Virus record (IMG/VR): IMGVR_UViG_3300028591_000142
Coordinates: 34,301 to 98,300 of that record
DNA length: 64,000 bases
Origin: a virus
Lineage: Duplodnaviria > Caudoviricetes
Reading direction: 5' to 3' (one strand)
Of the stretch, positions 10,167 to 18,950 are shown piece after piece. The notes below the pieces were generated by a model. It was not told the DNA's origin and did no database searches. It was given only the letters and a program-made list of their open reading frames with translations. Each line of letters opens with the position of its first letter. Position 1 is the stretch's first letter. The translations under genes were made by a program, and so were the position numbers.

Positions 10167-10849
10167 AAATAATGACGACACATAAGAAATACCTCGACAT
10201 CTTTGTTTGTTATCTGCTTATGCTGGTAGTTTGTTTTACGATAGCTACTACTAATGATTATAGCGCGGCTAGCGTCGATAATAACGAAGAAACCACAAAG
10301 CAGATTGAACAGGTAACAGAACCAGTAAGCAATGATATCGTAGAAACTACCACAGAAGAAGTCACGACAGAAGAAATAACCACAGTTTGTGCTACCACAG
10401 AAGAAATCACAACAACAGAAAATACAACACAGGCAACTGAACCGGTAAAATCATATAGTCACTACACCGAAGAAGACATTATTAATCTTGCTAAGGTGTT
10501 ATACGCTGAGTGCGGTAGTGTAAAAAGCAAAACAGAACAGGCTTGTGTAGCTTGGGTTGTATGTAACCGTGCTGATTATGATAATTGCTCTATATCGCAG
10601 TCTGCAAAAAAGAAGGGACAATTTGCATATAATCCAAACACGAGGGTTACAGATGAAATGTATGATTTAGCCGCCGATGTTCTCGAGAGGTGGAGTAGAG
10701 AAAAAGATGGAGAGAGCAACGTCGGAAGAGTTTTACCAAAAGAATACGGATTCTTCTACGGAGACGGTGTTAGGAACTACTTTAGAGATAAATATAACGG
10801 CGATTATAACACGTGGGACTATTCATTAGATAGTCCTTACGATACATAA
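10163..10849 (+). CDS. Cell-wall hydrolase (SleB/Hydrolase_2-like), membrane-anchored
   Basis: TM segment, T/E-rich linker, LAKVLYAE...VAWVVCNR...GQF. Confidence 0.8.
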   Translation: MKIMTTHKKYLDIFVCYLLMLVVCFTIATTNDYSAASVDNNEETTKQIEQVTEPVSNDIVETTTEEVTTEEITTVCATTEEITTTENTTQATEPVKSYSHYTEEDIINLAKVLYAECGSVKSKTEQACVAWVVCNRADYDNCSISQSAKKKGQFAYNPNTRVTDEMYDLAADVLERWSREKDGESNVGRVLPKEYGFFYGDGVRNYFRDKYNGDYNTWDYSLDSPYDT

Positions 10850-10859
10850 GGAGATTTTT

Positions 10860-11477
10860 ATGAAAATAATTTGTATATCGGGAAAGGCAAGACACGGTAA
10901 GGATACAACGGCCGGTCTTTTAAAAGAATATCTTGAACTCGCTGATAAGAAAGTACTTGTCACACACTATGCCGACTTATTGAAATATCTTTGTAAAACC
11001 TATTTTGGTTGGGATGGCAACAAAGATGAAAACGGCAGACAATTATTGCAATACGTTGGTACAGATATAATTAGAAAAAAGAGACCTGACTTTTGGGTTG
11101 ATTTTGTTGCAGATATTCTGGAATTATTTAATGATACTTGGGATTATGTAATCATATGTGATACCCGGTTTCCAAATGAGGTGTCACGGCTGAAAGACAG
11201 AGGGTTTGATGTTATACATCTCAGAGTAAAGAGAACCGAATTTGATAACAACTTAACAGAAGAACAAAGGAATCACCCGTCAGAAACAGCACTTGATGAT
11301 ATAACCCCTGATTACTGCATAATAAATGACACTACACTTGATGATTTAAGATATAAAACTGTTGAGTTTTTAGCTGAATATATGGTTACGTCAAGTATAT
11401 CAGATGTGTTTAAGAATTTAATAAAATATATAAACGGAAAAATATCATTTAACGATATATGGGGTGATACAAATTGA
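10860..11477 (+). CDS. Deoxynucleoside monophosphate kinase-like P-loop protein
   Basis: ISGKARHGKD, RQLLQYVGTD, DTRFPNE, HPSE motifs. Confidence 0.82.
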   Translation: MKIICISGKARHGKDTTAGLLKEYLELADKKVLVTHYADLLKYLCKTYFGWDGNKDENGRQLLQYVGTDIIRKKRPDFWVDFVADILELFNDTWDYVIICDTRFPNEVSRLKDRGFDVIHLRVKRTEFDNNLTEEQRNHPSETALDDITPDYCIINDTTLDDLRYKTVEFLAEYMVTSSISDVFKNLIKYINGKISFNDIWGDTN

Positions 11478-12076
11478 TACAAACAGCTATCAGTAAATAC
11501 CCGTTAACTATATTGGTTGATGTTGATAATGTTCTCGAAGACCTGGTGGCTGCGTGGGTAGAAGCATTAAATAAAAAATACGATAGGAACGTTAGCCCAA
11601 ATGATATTATAGAGTGGGATATAACAAAATTCTTTCCAGACTTATCGAGAAATCAAATTTTTTCTCCACTTCATACAAAAGAACTATGGGAGTCATTAAC
11701 ACCGATACCGGGGGCTGAGGAGTATCTTGAGAAACTTGTGCACGACGGACATAAAGTCATCCTACTAACATCTGCTCACCCGGATACTGTGTCATACAAA
11801 TATAAGTTTATAAATAAATACTTCCCATATATATCTTTTAACGACATTATATTTGCTTCAAGGAAACAAATGGTTAAAGGAGATATTTTAATTGACGACG
11901 CACCGCATAATCTTATAGGCGGAGATTATATAAAGATACTTATGACAGCTCCGCACAATACTTCATTCAGCGCGTATAATCATAACATTATGAGAGTGAA
12001 TACGTGGGAAGAAATATACGAACTTATCGGTTATATTTCAGAAAGGTTTGATAGGTATGAAAAATATCTTAAGTAA
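11474..12076 (+). CDS. 5'(3')-deoxyribonucleotidase (NT5C, HAD fold)
   Basis: DVDNVL and LIDDAPHN motifs. Confidence 0.88.
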   Translation: MIQTAISKYPLTILVDVDNVLEDLVAAWVEALNKKYDRNVSPNDIIEWDITKFFPDLSRNQIFSPLHTKELWESLTPIPGAEEYLEKLVHDGHKVILLTSAHPDTVSYKYKFINKYFPYISFNDIIFASRKQMVKGDILIDDAPHNLIGGDYIKILMTAPHNTSFSAYNHNIMRVNTWEEIYELIGYISERFDRYEKYLK

Positions 12077-12287
12077 AAAGGTTAAAAACGGAGTTATTGC
12101 AACCTTGGCGATTATATTAATCCTTGCAATATTACTCGGAGTAGACTACTGCTTGACGGTTGGTATTATTTACCTGATATGTAAATGTTTCGGTTGGAAG
12201 TTTACATTTGCAATAGCAACTGGTGTATGGTTAATAATCAATCTGCTGGTTGTTATATTTAAAAGAGGTGGCAATAGAAGTGAGTGA
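12048..12287 (+). CDS. Small membrane protein
   Basis: Two or more hydrophobic segments. Confidence 0.6.
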   Translation: MIGMKNILSKKVKNGVIATLAIILILAILLGVDYCLTVGIIYLICKCFGWKFTFAIATGVWLIINLLVVIFKRGGNRSE

Positions 12288-12489
12288 TATTATTCTGTAT
12301 TCAACGGGGTGCCCAAAATGCTCTGTTTTGAAATCTAAACTTAACGATAATGGTATTAATTTCACAGAATGTAATGATGTTGAAAAAATGCTTAGTCTTG
12401 GGATAAAGGAAGTTCCTGTTTTAAGCGTTGATGGTACACTGTTTAATTTTGTGGATGCTAATAAATGGATAGGTGAACATAGTGAGTAA
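12280..12489 (+). CDS. Glutaredoxin/NrdH-like redoxin (GTG start 12280)
   Basis: YSTGCPKC active site and cis-Pro VPVL; GAGGTG RBS. Confidence 0.82.
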   Translation: MSDIILYSTGCPKCSVLKSKLNDNGINFTECNDVEKMLSLGIKEVPVLSVDGTLFNFVDANKWIGEHSE

Positions 12490-12835
12490 AAAATTTAATC
12501 CATTTTACGATAGTGAATTTTTAATTTCGACAAATGAAAGCCCGGAAAAACGTTATTTAGTCGAACTATATGAAGACGAACTGATACAATTAAAGTTTGA
12601 AATCGAAAGTATTTTAAGGCAGATAAATACTGTAAAGAAAAGTAAGAGTAAACAAACTAAAACAAAAATAAACGCCCATATTAAAACAGATTACACAACA
12701 AGACGTTGTGTAGCACTTATACCTACACTCGAACCACACAAATATACAGAGAAATGGACGTGTATGAATTGTAACGCCGAATTATCTAAATCAGATACTC
12801 GTTGCCCAGTTTGTGGATATAAATTTATAGATTAA
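12473..12835 (+). CDS. Hypothetical protein with C-terminal zinc ribbon
   Basis: CMNC...CPVC. Confidence 0.6.
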   Translation: MNIVSKKFNPFYDSEFLISTNESPEKRYLVELYEDELIQLKFEIESILRQINTVKKSKSKQTKTKINAHIKTDYTTRRCVALIPTLEPHKYTEKWTCMNCNAELSKSDTRCPVCGYKFID

Positions 12836-12845
12836 GGAGCGATAA

Positions 12846-14762
12846 ATGAACATACCAATTAAAACAAATAAAGATTTTGAGAAGACACTAGGTCTCTTAA
12901 ACGAAAAATATGGTGAAGATTTTGAGTTGTTGAATGGATTCCACGAAACACAACTTAATTTTTCAGATTTTATTGACGGATTCGTTGGTAAAAATGTTGC
13001 AGATGTAACGATAGATGCTAACGCAAACGCTTCAAATAAAGATATACGCAGCCTTTTAAACGAAAAGGGCAAATCTCTTGATAAATTATTTGCTTTTAGC
13101 AAAATTTTCTATGAGATGAAGAAAAAATATAATCTCAGAACGGCTAAAGAATGGCTTGAAACCGAATATAACGGAGGTTTTTACCTGCACGACGCTCCAA
13201 GTGCAACATATATGCCGTACTGCTATGCTTACGACCTTACCAGATTAGCTACAGAGGGGTTATTTTTCCTTAAAAACTATAATAATCAGCCTCCAATGCA
13301 CTTAACAACGTTTTTAGACGACGTTATTGAGTTCATAAGCTATATGAGCAACAGAAGCTCCGGTGCTGTAGGCATTCCAAATGTTCTTATATGGACTTTT
13401 TACTTCTGGAAACGTGATTGTGAAAAGGGTTATGTGATTAAAAACCCCGAATACTATATCAAACAGTCATTCCAAAAGTTAATTTACAGACTTAATCAGC
13501 CATTTATGAGAATTGACCAAACGGCATTTGTTAATATGTCAATTTTTGACCGTAATTATCTCGTTTCTTTATTCGGCGGTATGCAGTACCCCGACGGAAC
13601 ATACGTAATTGACTATATTGATGAGCTGATTGAACACCAAAAGATATTTATGGAAGTAGTTTCTAAAGTAAGAAGCGAAAATATGTTTACGTTCCCGGTT
13701 CTTACATATAGCTTACTCTATAAAGACGGCAAATTTGAGGACGAAGAGTTTGCTCGCTGGTGTTCAGACCATAATACAACGTGGAACGACAGCAATTTCT
13801 TTGTAAGCGGAGATGTCACAACTCTTAGTAACTGTTGTAGATTGTTATCTGACACCTCAAAGCTTAATGCGTTCATTAATTCTATTGGCGGTACAGCACT
13901 TTCTATCGGCTCAGTCAAAGTTAATACCATAAACCTTATGAGAATCGCGCTTGAAAGCGGCTGTGATGAAAAGAAATATCTTACACTGCTTAAGAAACGC
14001 GCACTGTTATGTTGTAAAACACTTGATGTTGTTAGACATATTATTAAACGCAACGTAGAAAAGGGGTTGCTTCCCAACTATCAAGACGGTGCGGTCGAGA
14101 TGGATAAACAATACTGTACGATGGGCATTCTTGGACTGTATGAGGTCATTGAAGCGTTTGGGTTTACAAAAACAGACGAGCTTGGATATACATCATATAC
14201 AGATGAGGGTATAGAATTGGCTTGTAAAATATTTGAAGTATTAAACGAGGTTAAGGATTCCTTTACAGACGAGTATTCATTTAATATCGAATCTGTTCCG
14301 GCAGAGAGAGCTGCTGTAATTCTTTGCCAAAAAGATAATGTTATCTTTGATAAGAACGACAAGTTTATATACAGTAACCAATGGATTCCTCTTTCAACAA
14401 AATGTACTATTCAAGAAAAACTTCGTTTAAGTGCAATCCTTGATGCAAAGTGCAGCGGAGGTAGTATTGCACACATTAATCTTGAATCTAATTTCCCGAA
14501 CACAGATATGGCTTGGGATATGCTAAATAAGATTGCTCAATCCGGTGTAATTTATTTTGCATTTAACACAAGAATCAATGAATGTAAAAACCACCACGGA
14601 TTTGTTGGAACAAATATTTGCCCTACTTGCGGAGAGCCTGTATTTGATACATATCAAAGAATAGTAGGATATCTTGTACCAACAAGGTCTTATTCGAAAG
14701 ATAGATTTAAAGAATTTAATACCAGAAAATGGTATGAATATGCGGAGATGTTGAGCGAATGA
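12846..14762 (+). CDS. nrdD: Anaerobic (class III) ribonucleotide reductase, no ATP cone
   Basis: YLHD, PYC, SNCCRL, PAE, C-terminal Zn site and glycyl-radical loop RIVGYL. Confidence 0.93.
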   Translation: MNIPIKTNKDFEKTLGLLNEKYGEDFELLNGFHETQLNFSDFIDGFVGKNVADVTIDANANASNKDIRSLLNEKGKSLDKLFAFSKIFYEMKKKYNLRTAKEWLETEYNGGFYLHDAPSATYMPYCYAYDLTRLATEGLFFLKNYNNQPPMHLTTFLDDVIEFISYMSNRSSGAVGIPNVLIWTFYFWKRDCEKGYVIKNPEYYIKQSFQKLIYRLNQPFMRIDQTAFVNMSIFDRNYLVSLFGGMQYPDGTYVIDYIDELIEHQKIFMEVVSKVRSENMFTFPVLTYSLLYKDGKFEDEEFARWCSDHNTTWNDSNFFVSGDVTTLSNCCRLLSDTSKLNAFINSIGGTALSIGSVKVNTINLMRIALESGCDEKKYLTLLKKRALLCCKTLDVVRHIIKRNVEKGLLPNYQDGAVEMDKQYCTMGILGLYEVIEAFGFTKTDELGYTSYTDEGIELACKIFEVLNEVKDSFTDEYSFNIESVPAERAAVILCQKDNVIFDKNDKFIYSNQWIPLSTKCTIQEKLRLSAILDAKCSGGSIAHINLESNFPNTDMAWDMLNKIAQSGVIYFAFNTRINECKNHHGFVGTNICPTCGEPVFDTYQRIVGYLVPTRSYSKDRFKEFNTRKWYEYAEMLSE

Positions 14763-15244
14763 GAATAAAAACCATAGTCGATGAAGACTTCTTAAATTAT
14801 AAAAAGCCAACAATGTATATTGGTACGGCTTTTTGCGACGGTAAGTGCTGTAAAGAAGCAAACATACCTATATCTATATGTCAAAACGATGAGTGGCGGG
14901 CGGCTCAAATAATTAATATACCCGACGACACAATTATTCAAAGATATCTAATGAACGATATAACAAAAGCCATTTGCTTTGCTGGACTCGAACCGTTCCA
15001 ACAGTACGATGAAATGTTTAACTTTATCAAAAAACTAAGAACGGATTATAACTGCGATGACACAATAGTGATTTATACAGGATTTAATAAAGAGGAGATT
15101 GAGTCGCAGGTTAAAATCCTTAGTCAGTTTAAAAACATTATTATTAAATACGGCAGATACATTCCAGACCAAAAGAGGCATCTTGACGATGTGCTTGGAG
15201 TATATCTAGCATCAGATAATCAATATGCAGAGGTGATTAGTTGA
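14759..15244 (+). CDS. nrdG: NrdD activase (radical SAM)
   Basis: CDGKC...CQN, GLEP, IYTGF, KYGRY, LASDNQ motifs; directly follows nrdD. Confidence 0.88.
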   Translation: MRIKTIVDEDFLNYKKPTMYIGTAFCDGKCCKEANIPISICQNDEWRAAQIINIPDDTIIQRYLMNDITKAICFAGLEPFQQYDEMFNFIKKLRTDYNCDDTIVIYTGFNKEEIESQVKILSQFKNIIIKYGRYIPDQKRHLDDVLGVYLASDNQYAEVIS

Positions 15245-15438
15245 GTAAGGACGTAATGATTACTTTGAACCAGGACAAGAACTACGCTAATGATGTTCTT
15301 AGAAGGATTAGAGAGAATGACGGCTATTGCCCTTGTAAGCTCGAAAAAACTCCAGACACAAAATGTATGTGTAAAGAGTTCAGAGAAACCGAGGAGGGTA
15401 TGTGCCACTGCGGATTGTATGTTAAAGTCAAAAGGTGA
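15241..15438 (+). CDS. Ferredoxin:thioredoxin reductase catalytic-subunit-like protein
   Basis: GYCPC...CMC...CHCGLY cysteine pattern. Confidence 0.8.
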   Translation: MSKDVMITLNQDKNYANDVLRRIRENDGYCPCKLEKTPDTKCMCKEFRETEEGMCHCGLYVKVKR

Positions 15439-15453
15439 TTAAAGGAGAACTGT

Positions 15454-15903
15454 ATGGATTTAAAAATAGACCCAAACTTTTATATTAATATAAAAAGGCT
15501 TAGTGAAGACGCGGTTATCCCAACACGGGGTAGCGAGTACGCCGCCGGATATGATTTATACGCAACCGAAGATGTAACAATAGACCCAGGCGACACCGTT
15601 AAGATTGGCACGGGGTTGGCTATGGAAATACCTTCTGGATTTTTCGGTGCAGTGTTTGCGAGAAGTGGACTTGCTACCAAACAGGGCTTACGCCCGGCAA
15701 ACTGCGTGGGTGTAATTGATTCAGACTATCGCGGAGAATTAATTGTTGCCCTATTTAATGACTCTATTATGCTTCGCAAAATTAAGAAAGGTGATAGAAT
15801 AGCACAGATAGTCATTCTCCCATATCTTTCTTATTTATTCAAAGAGGTTGACGAACTCTCTGATACAGAACGCGGAGAGGGCGGCTTTGGTAGCACAGGC
15901 TAA
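15454..15903 (+). CDS. dut: Trimeric dUTPase
   Basis: AGYDL, RSG, GVIDSDYRGE, RIAQ and RGEGGFGSTG motifs. Confidence 0.95.
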   Translation: MDLKIDPNFYINIKRLSEDAVIPTRGSEYAAGYDLYATEDVTIDPGDTVKIGTGLAMEIPSGFFGAVFARSGLATKQGLRPANCVGVIDSDYRGELIVALFNDSIMLRKIKKGDRIAQIVILPYLSYLFKEVDELSDTERGEGGFGSTG

Positions 15904-15908
15904 TATCT

Positions 15909-16229
15909 ATGCCACAATACGATTGTATTATTATAGAAGCTACGGATTACTTTTTCCCCGGACAATTGTCAGCGTTAGAGGTTGAAATATATGATTATAT
16001 ATTTTGCTACTTAGCCGATTCCGATATACCATTGAAATATATAAAAGATGACTTCGAAAAAAGAACTGGATTGTGTGCAGACAAGGTATATAAGGTAGCG
16101 ACAGATACAGACGCATACAAAGGTATAATAAATTTAAGCGATGACAGTTATTATATCTATCCCTGTATTAAAATAGACGGTGAAGAAGTATCAATAACAG
16201 GCTTTTACATAAATGGAAGTGTTATATGA
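15909..16229 (+). CDS. Hypothetical protein
   Basis: ORF in operon, overlapping the next gene. Confidence 0.55.
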   Translation: MPQYDCIIIEATDYFFPGQLSALEVEIYDYIFCYLADSDIPLKYIKDDFEKRTGLCADKVYKVATDTDAYKGIINLSDDSYYIYPCIKIDGEEVSITGFYINGSVI

Positions 16230-16408
16230 GAGAAAAAGCAGATTTTAGGGACAACCTGGAGCGCCTCGACAGAAATTTTCCAGACAAAGAGTTACTTACA
16301 AGAGTTGAGTGTGCTAAATATTTAGGTGTGTCAGAGAAGACAGTTAAGAGAAGATATGGCGTTGGTAGAGATGTAACAAAAGTTGCATTTGCTAAGGCAA
16401 TTAGCTGA
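16226..16408 (+). CDS. xis: Excisionase-like HTH protein
   Basis: LLTRVECAKYLGVSEKTVKR MerR-type HTH; adjacent to attP and integrase. Confidence 0.72.
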   Translation: MREKADFRDNLERLDRNFPDKELLTRVECAKYLGVSEKTVKRRYGVGRDVTKVAFAKAIS

Positions 16409-16473
16409 CAGTAGTCAGTAATAAAATCAGTATAAATGCCGAAACGCCTTGAAAATAAAGGATATTAATTTGC

Positions 16474-16515
16474 CTTTTAATCAAGGTGTCCGGAGTTCGA
16501 ATCTCCGATGGCTCA
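16474..16515 (+). tRNA. 3' half of tRNA-Lys(UUU), serving as att core (not a full tRNA gene)
   Basis: CTTTTAATCAAGGTGTCCGGAGTTCGAATCTCCGATGGCTCA: anticodon loop TTT, T-arm GTTCGAATC, acceptor 3' strand; D-arm missing. Confidence 0.85.
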
Positions 16516-16525
16516 TAGAAAAGAA

Positions 16526-16570
16526 AACCCCGTAAGACCAAGTGTTTCAAGGTTTTACGGGGTTATTTTT
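16526..16570 (+). terminator. Rho-independent terminator after the att core
   Basis: AACCCCGTAAGACC...GGTTTTACGGGGTT followed by a T-run. Confidence 0.7.
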
Positions 16571-16656
16571 TTCTTTTACCACCTTCGTCAAAATAGACAA
16601 ATGTGGACAAAAAAGGACAATACAGGACAAAAAAGTCAGTATAAAAGTCAGTATAT

Positions 16657-17697
16657 TTATTTCTGCATCTGTGATAAATACTCGTTTATCTTCTGATTAG
16701 TCTTTTCTTGACGCTTTTCTCTAATATGAGTATAGATATCTTGTGTTACTTTGACAGAGGCGTGTCCCATTATTTGTTGCGCCTCTTTAACAGGAACATC
16801 ACTTTCATATAAAAATGTTGCGTATGCGTGTCTAAGCTGGTGTGGTGTCAAGTTAATTCCAGTTTCCTTTACATACCTATCCCACTTCTTACGGAATGAA
16901 GATTTTGTTAATGGCGCTTTGCCGCCAAATACAAAATCGTCCGGAGAGGTGGGTTTCAATTTTTCTTTTAACACATCTGGAATAAATACATCCCTTATAC
17001 CGGCCTCTGTTTTTGTGTGCTCAGTTAAGACGGGTTGATTCTGGTTATCTCCGCTATAAGTTATCTGTTTGTGTATATGAACGACGTCTCCGTCAAAATC
17101 TTTCCATTGTAAAGCAAGAGCTTCTCCACGTCTACAACCAGTTAATAAAAGGAAGTACGCAAACAAACCAAAGTCTTTATCAGTCGATGAAAGAATTACA
17201 TCAATATCAGATTGTTCTGGAACCGTTCTTTTTGACTTGTTTAAATTACGAGGAACTCTTGTTGAGTCAACGGGATTGACATCAATATATTCACGTAATA
17301 TTGCATACTTAAAAATCAAATTTAGAACATTTCGCTGAACCCTTACAGTTTGTTGCGAATACTTCTTACTTGCAAGGTCGTCTAATATACGCTGAATATC
17401 GAGCGGTTTGATTTCTTTGATTGGGATATCTCCAAACCAATCTTTTGCTCTTGATATAGCAGGGGAGTATGAAATACGCGTGCCACCTTGTATCTTTTTA
17501 AAATGTTCTTCTCGCCATTCGTCCGCAACAGATGTGAATAAATGGCTCTCAGACACGCTCAGTTGCTCCTCAAACGCTTTTTGCTTACTGCGAAGCTCAT
17601 TATCACTCCTATAATAAAACGACTTTTTAACCCTATTACCGTTAACGTAGTAGGTAACTTGTTTGAGATAATATCCATCAGGTCTTTTCTTAGGCAT
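16657..17697 (-). CDS. int: Tyrosine integrase (recombinase 1)
   Basis: TGCRRGE, HQLRH, MGH, DIY catalytic set; arm- and core-binding N-terminus; adjacent to attP. Confidence 0.95.
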   Translation of the reverse strand: MPKKRPDGYYLKQVTYYVNGNRVKKSFYYRSDNELRSKQKAFEEQLSVSESHLFTSVADEWREEHFKKIQGGTRISYSPAISRAKDWFGDIPIKEIKPLDIQRILDDLASKKYSQQTVRVQRNVLNLIFKYAILREYIDVNPVDSTRVPRNLNKSKRTVPEQSDIDVILSSTDKDFGLFAYFLLLTGCRRGEALALQWKDFDGDVVHIHKQITYSGDNQNQPVLTEHTKTEAGIRDVFIPDVLKEKLKPTSPDDFVFGGKAPLTKSSFRKKWDRYVKETGINLTPHQLRHAYATFLYESDVPVKEAQQIMGHASVKVTQDIYTHIREKRQEKTNQKINEYLSQMQK

Positions 17698-17747
17698 ATC
17701 ACACCTCTGTCAATAATCAAAGTATATAGTATTAAAGTTAGTATTAT

Positions 17748-17776
17748 ATAATACTGTATTTCGAATAAAATGTCAA
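17748..17776 (-). promoter_or_regulatory. sigmaA-like promoter for the integrase
   Basis: Minus strand TTGACA-17 bp-TATTAT. Confidence 0.55.
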
Positions 17777-18045
17777 GATTATATCACTTTAAATATATTG
17801 TATCACCGTAGTGATATAATACAATTAAAATGATATAATTCAAAGTGACAAAATTGCACTTTGAAATGTCACTTTGGTGCAAAAATTACACTTTATATAT
17901 TATCGTGCACTACAACCATACAGATACTAAGATTAATATCTATATGTTTGTCAACTAATTGTCAAGTTTTTTCAATTTTACTTGACAAATCTGGGCGCAA
18001 AAAAAGAGAGAACAGTATTAAACTATTCTCTCCTATTTTTATGTA

Positions 18046-18498
18046 TCAATCTTCTTCACCCGGATGCGCGGATTTATAGTCAATTTCCCAATCTTTCATT
18101 TCATCCAGTAATAGGGCTGCATAACTATTCCCGTTCAAACGGTTTACGTATAAATCTTCTACGCTCTTCAGAGCTTTCTTCTCATATAATGGTAATGTCT
18201 GTGTATCGCTATACCTATAAAAGATACCTTTGATTATATTACGGCATTGTTCTTTAGTGAACTCAAGATTTATCTCGTTCATTTCTGCCAAATTATCCTT
18301 GAATTCCTTTTCTTCTTCAATATGCCGCTCCAGCATCTCTTTAATTTCGGCAATACTCTTTTGCAGTTCATCTTGCTCCTTGCGTTTTTTTAATATTTTC
18401 AACACAAAGCTACGAACTGTTTTGGAGCACAATGTCAAAACGGAAGCAGCAGAAAGAATCACGCCAAGAATGGCTGCAATATTTTTTACTACTTCCAT
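18046..18498 (-). CDS. Membrane-anchored lysis-cassette protein (holin-like or accessory)
   Basis: N-terminal TM plus coiled coil; downstream of holin. Confidence 0.6.
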   Translation of the reverse strand: MEVVKNIAAILGVILSAASVLTLCSKTVRSFVLKILKKRKEQDELQKSIAEIKEMLERHIEEEKEFKDNLAEMNEINLEFTKEQCRNIIKGIFYRYSDTQTLPLYEKKALKSVEDLYVNRLNGNSYAALLLDEMKDWEIDYKSAHPGEED

Positions 18499-18501
18499 TT
18501 A

Positions 18502-18897
18502 TTATTCACCTTCTGCTTCCTCATCAAAGTCGTTGTCGCAGTCATCAATCTCATCGTCCAGAAAATCATACCACGCAATTGAGCTATTAAATTCATTAAC
18601 AGCAGACTCAATAAGCATTCTCATTTCAATTTCTGTGACGTGAATACCCTTTTCCCCAAGCATCTCTGTCATTGCTTCCATACACTTATCGAGCTTCTCT
18701 TGGCCGTGAAGCTCTTTGTATATCTGTTCAATAGCTCTGACACAAGTTTTCGCAACAGCTTTCTTCGTTGCGTCATTTAGATGCTCTTGGTACATCTTTT
18801 TAATTTGCGTACCAATGTAACCAGCTAATGCGGTAATAATAATACCGAGTAATTCTTTACCACCATAGTTGTTAAAGAAGTCATTTAAAAAGTTCAT
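18502..18897 (-). CDS. Holin (LL-H-like)
   Basis: N-terminal TM, VRAIEQ...GQEK...LIESAV; follows endolysin. Confidence 0.8.
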   Translation of the reverse strand: MNFLNDFFNNYGGKELLGIIITALAGYIGTQIKKMYQEHLNDATKKAVAKTCVRAIEQIYKELHGQEKLDKCMEAMTEMLGEKGIHVTEIEMRMLIESAVNEFNSSIAWYDFLDDEIDDCDNDFDEEAEGE

Positions 18898-18917
18898 AAA
18901 ATACTCCTTTCATAAAC

Positions 18918-18950
18918 ATAGCCCACCAATTAAGGTGGGCTATTTTTTTT
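18918..18950. terminator. Stem-loop between endolysin and holin
   Basis: ATAGCCCACC...GGTGGGCTAT with a T-run on the + side. Confidence 0.55.

Larger units (their letters stand above)
16413..16654. other. attP region: tRNA core, arm-type repeats and phased repeats
   Basis: AGTCAGTA/AATCAGTAT (16413-16433), AAAAGTCAGTAT x2 (16631-16654), (A/G)GACAA x4 at 10-bp period (16595-16630), all flanking a tRNA 3' half. Confidence 0.8.

Noticed and set aside
6419-14762. Inteins or introns in dnaE or nrdD
   Set aside because: Both are uninterrupted, of ordinary length, and lack splicing or homing-endonuclease motifs
16474-16515. Functional phage tRNA gene
   Set aside because: The 5' acceptor strand and D-arm are absent; it is an att core
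16508-16696. 62-aa + strand ORF across attP
   Set aside because: Overlaps the terminator, arm repeats and integrase end; no RBS
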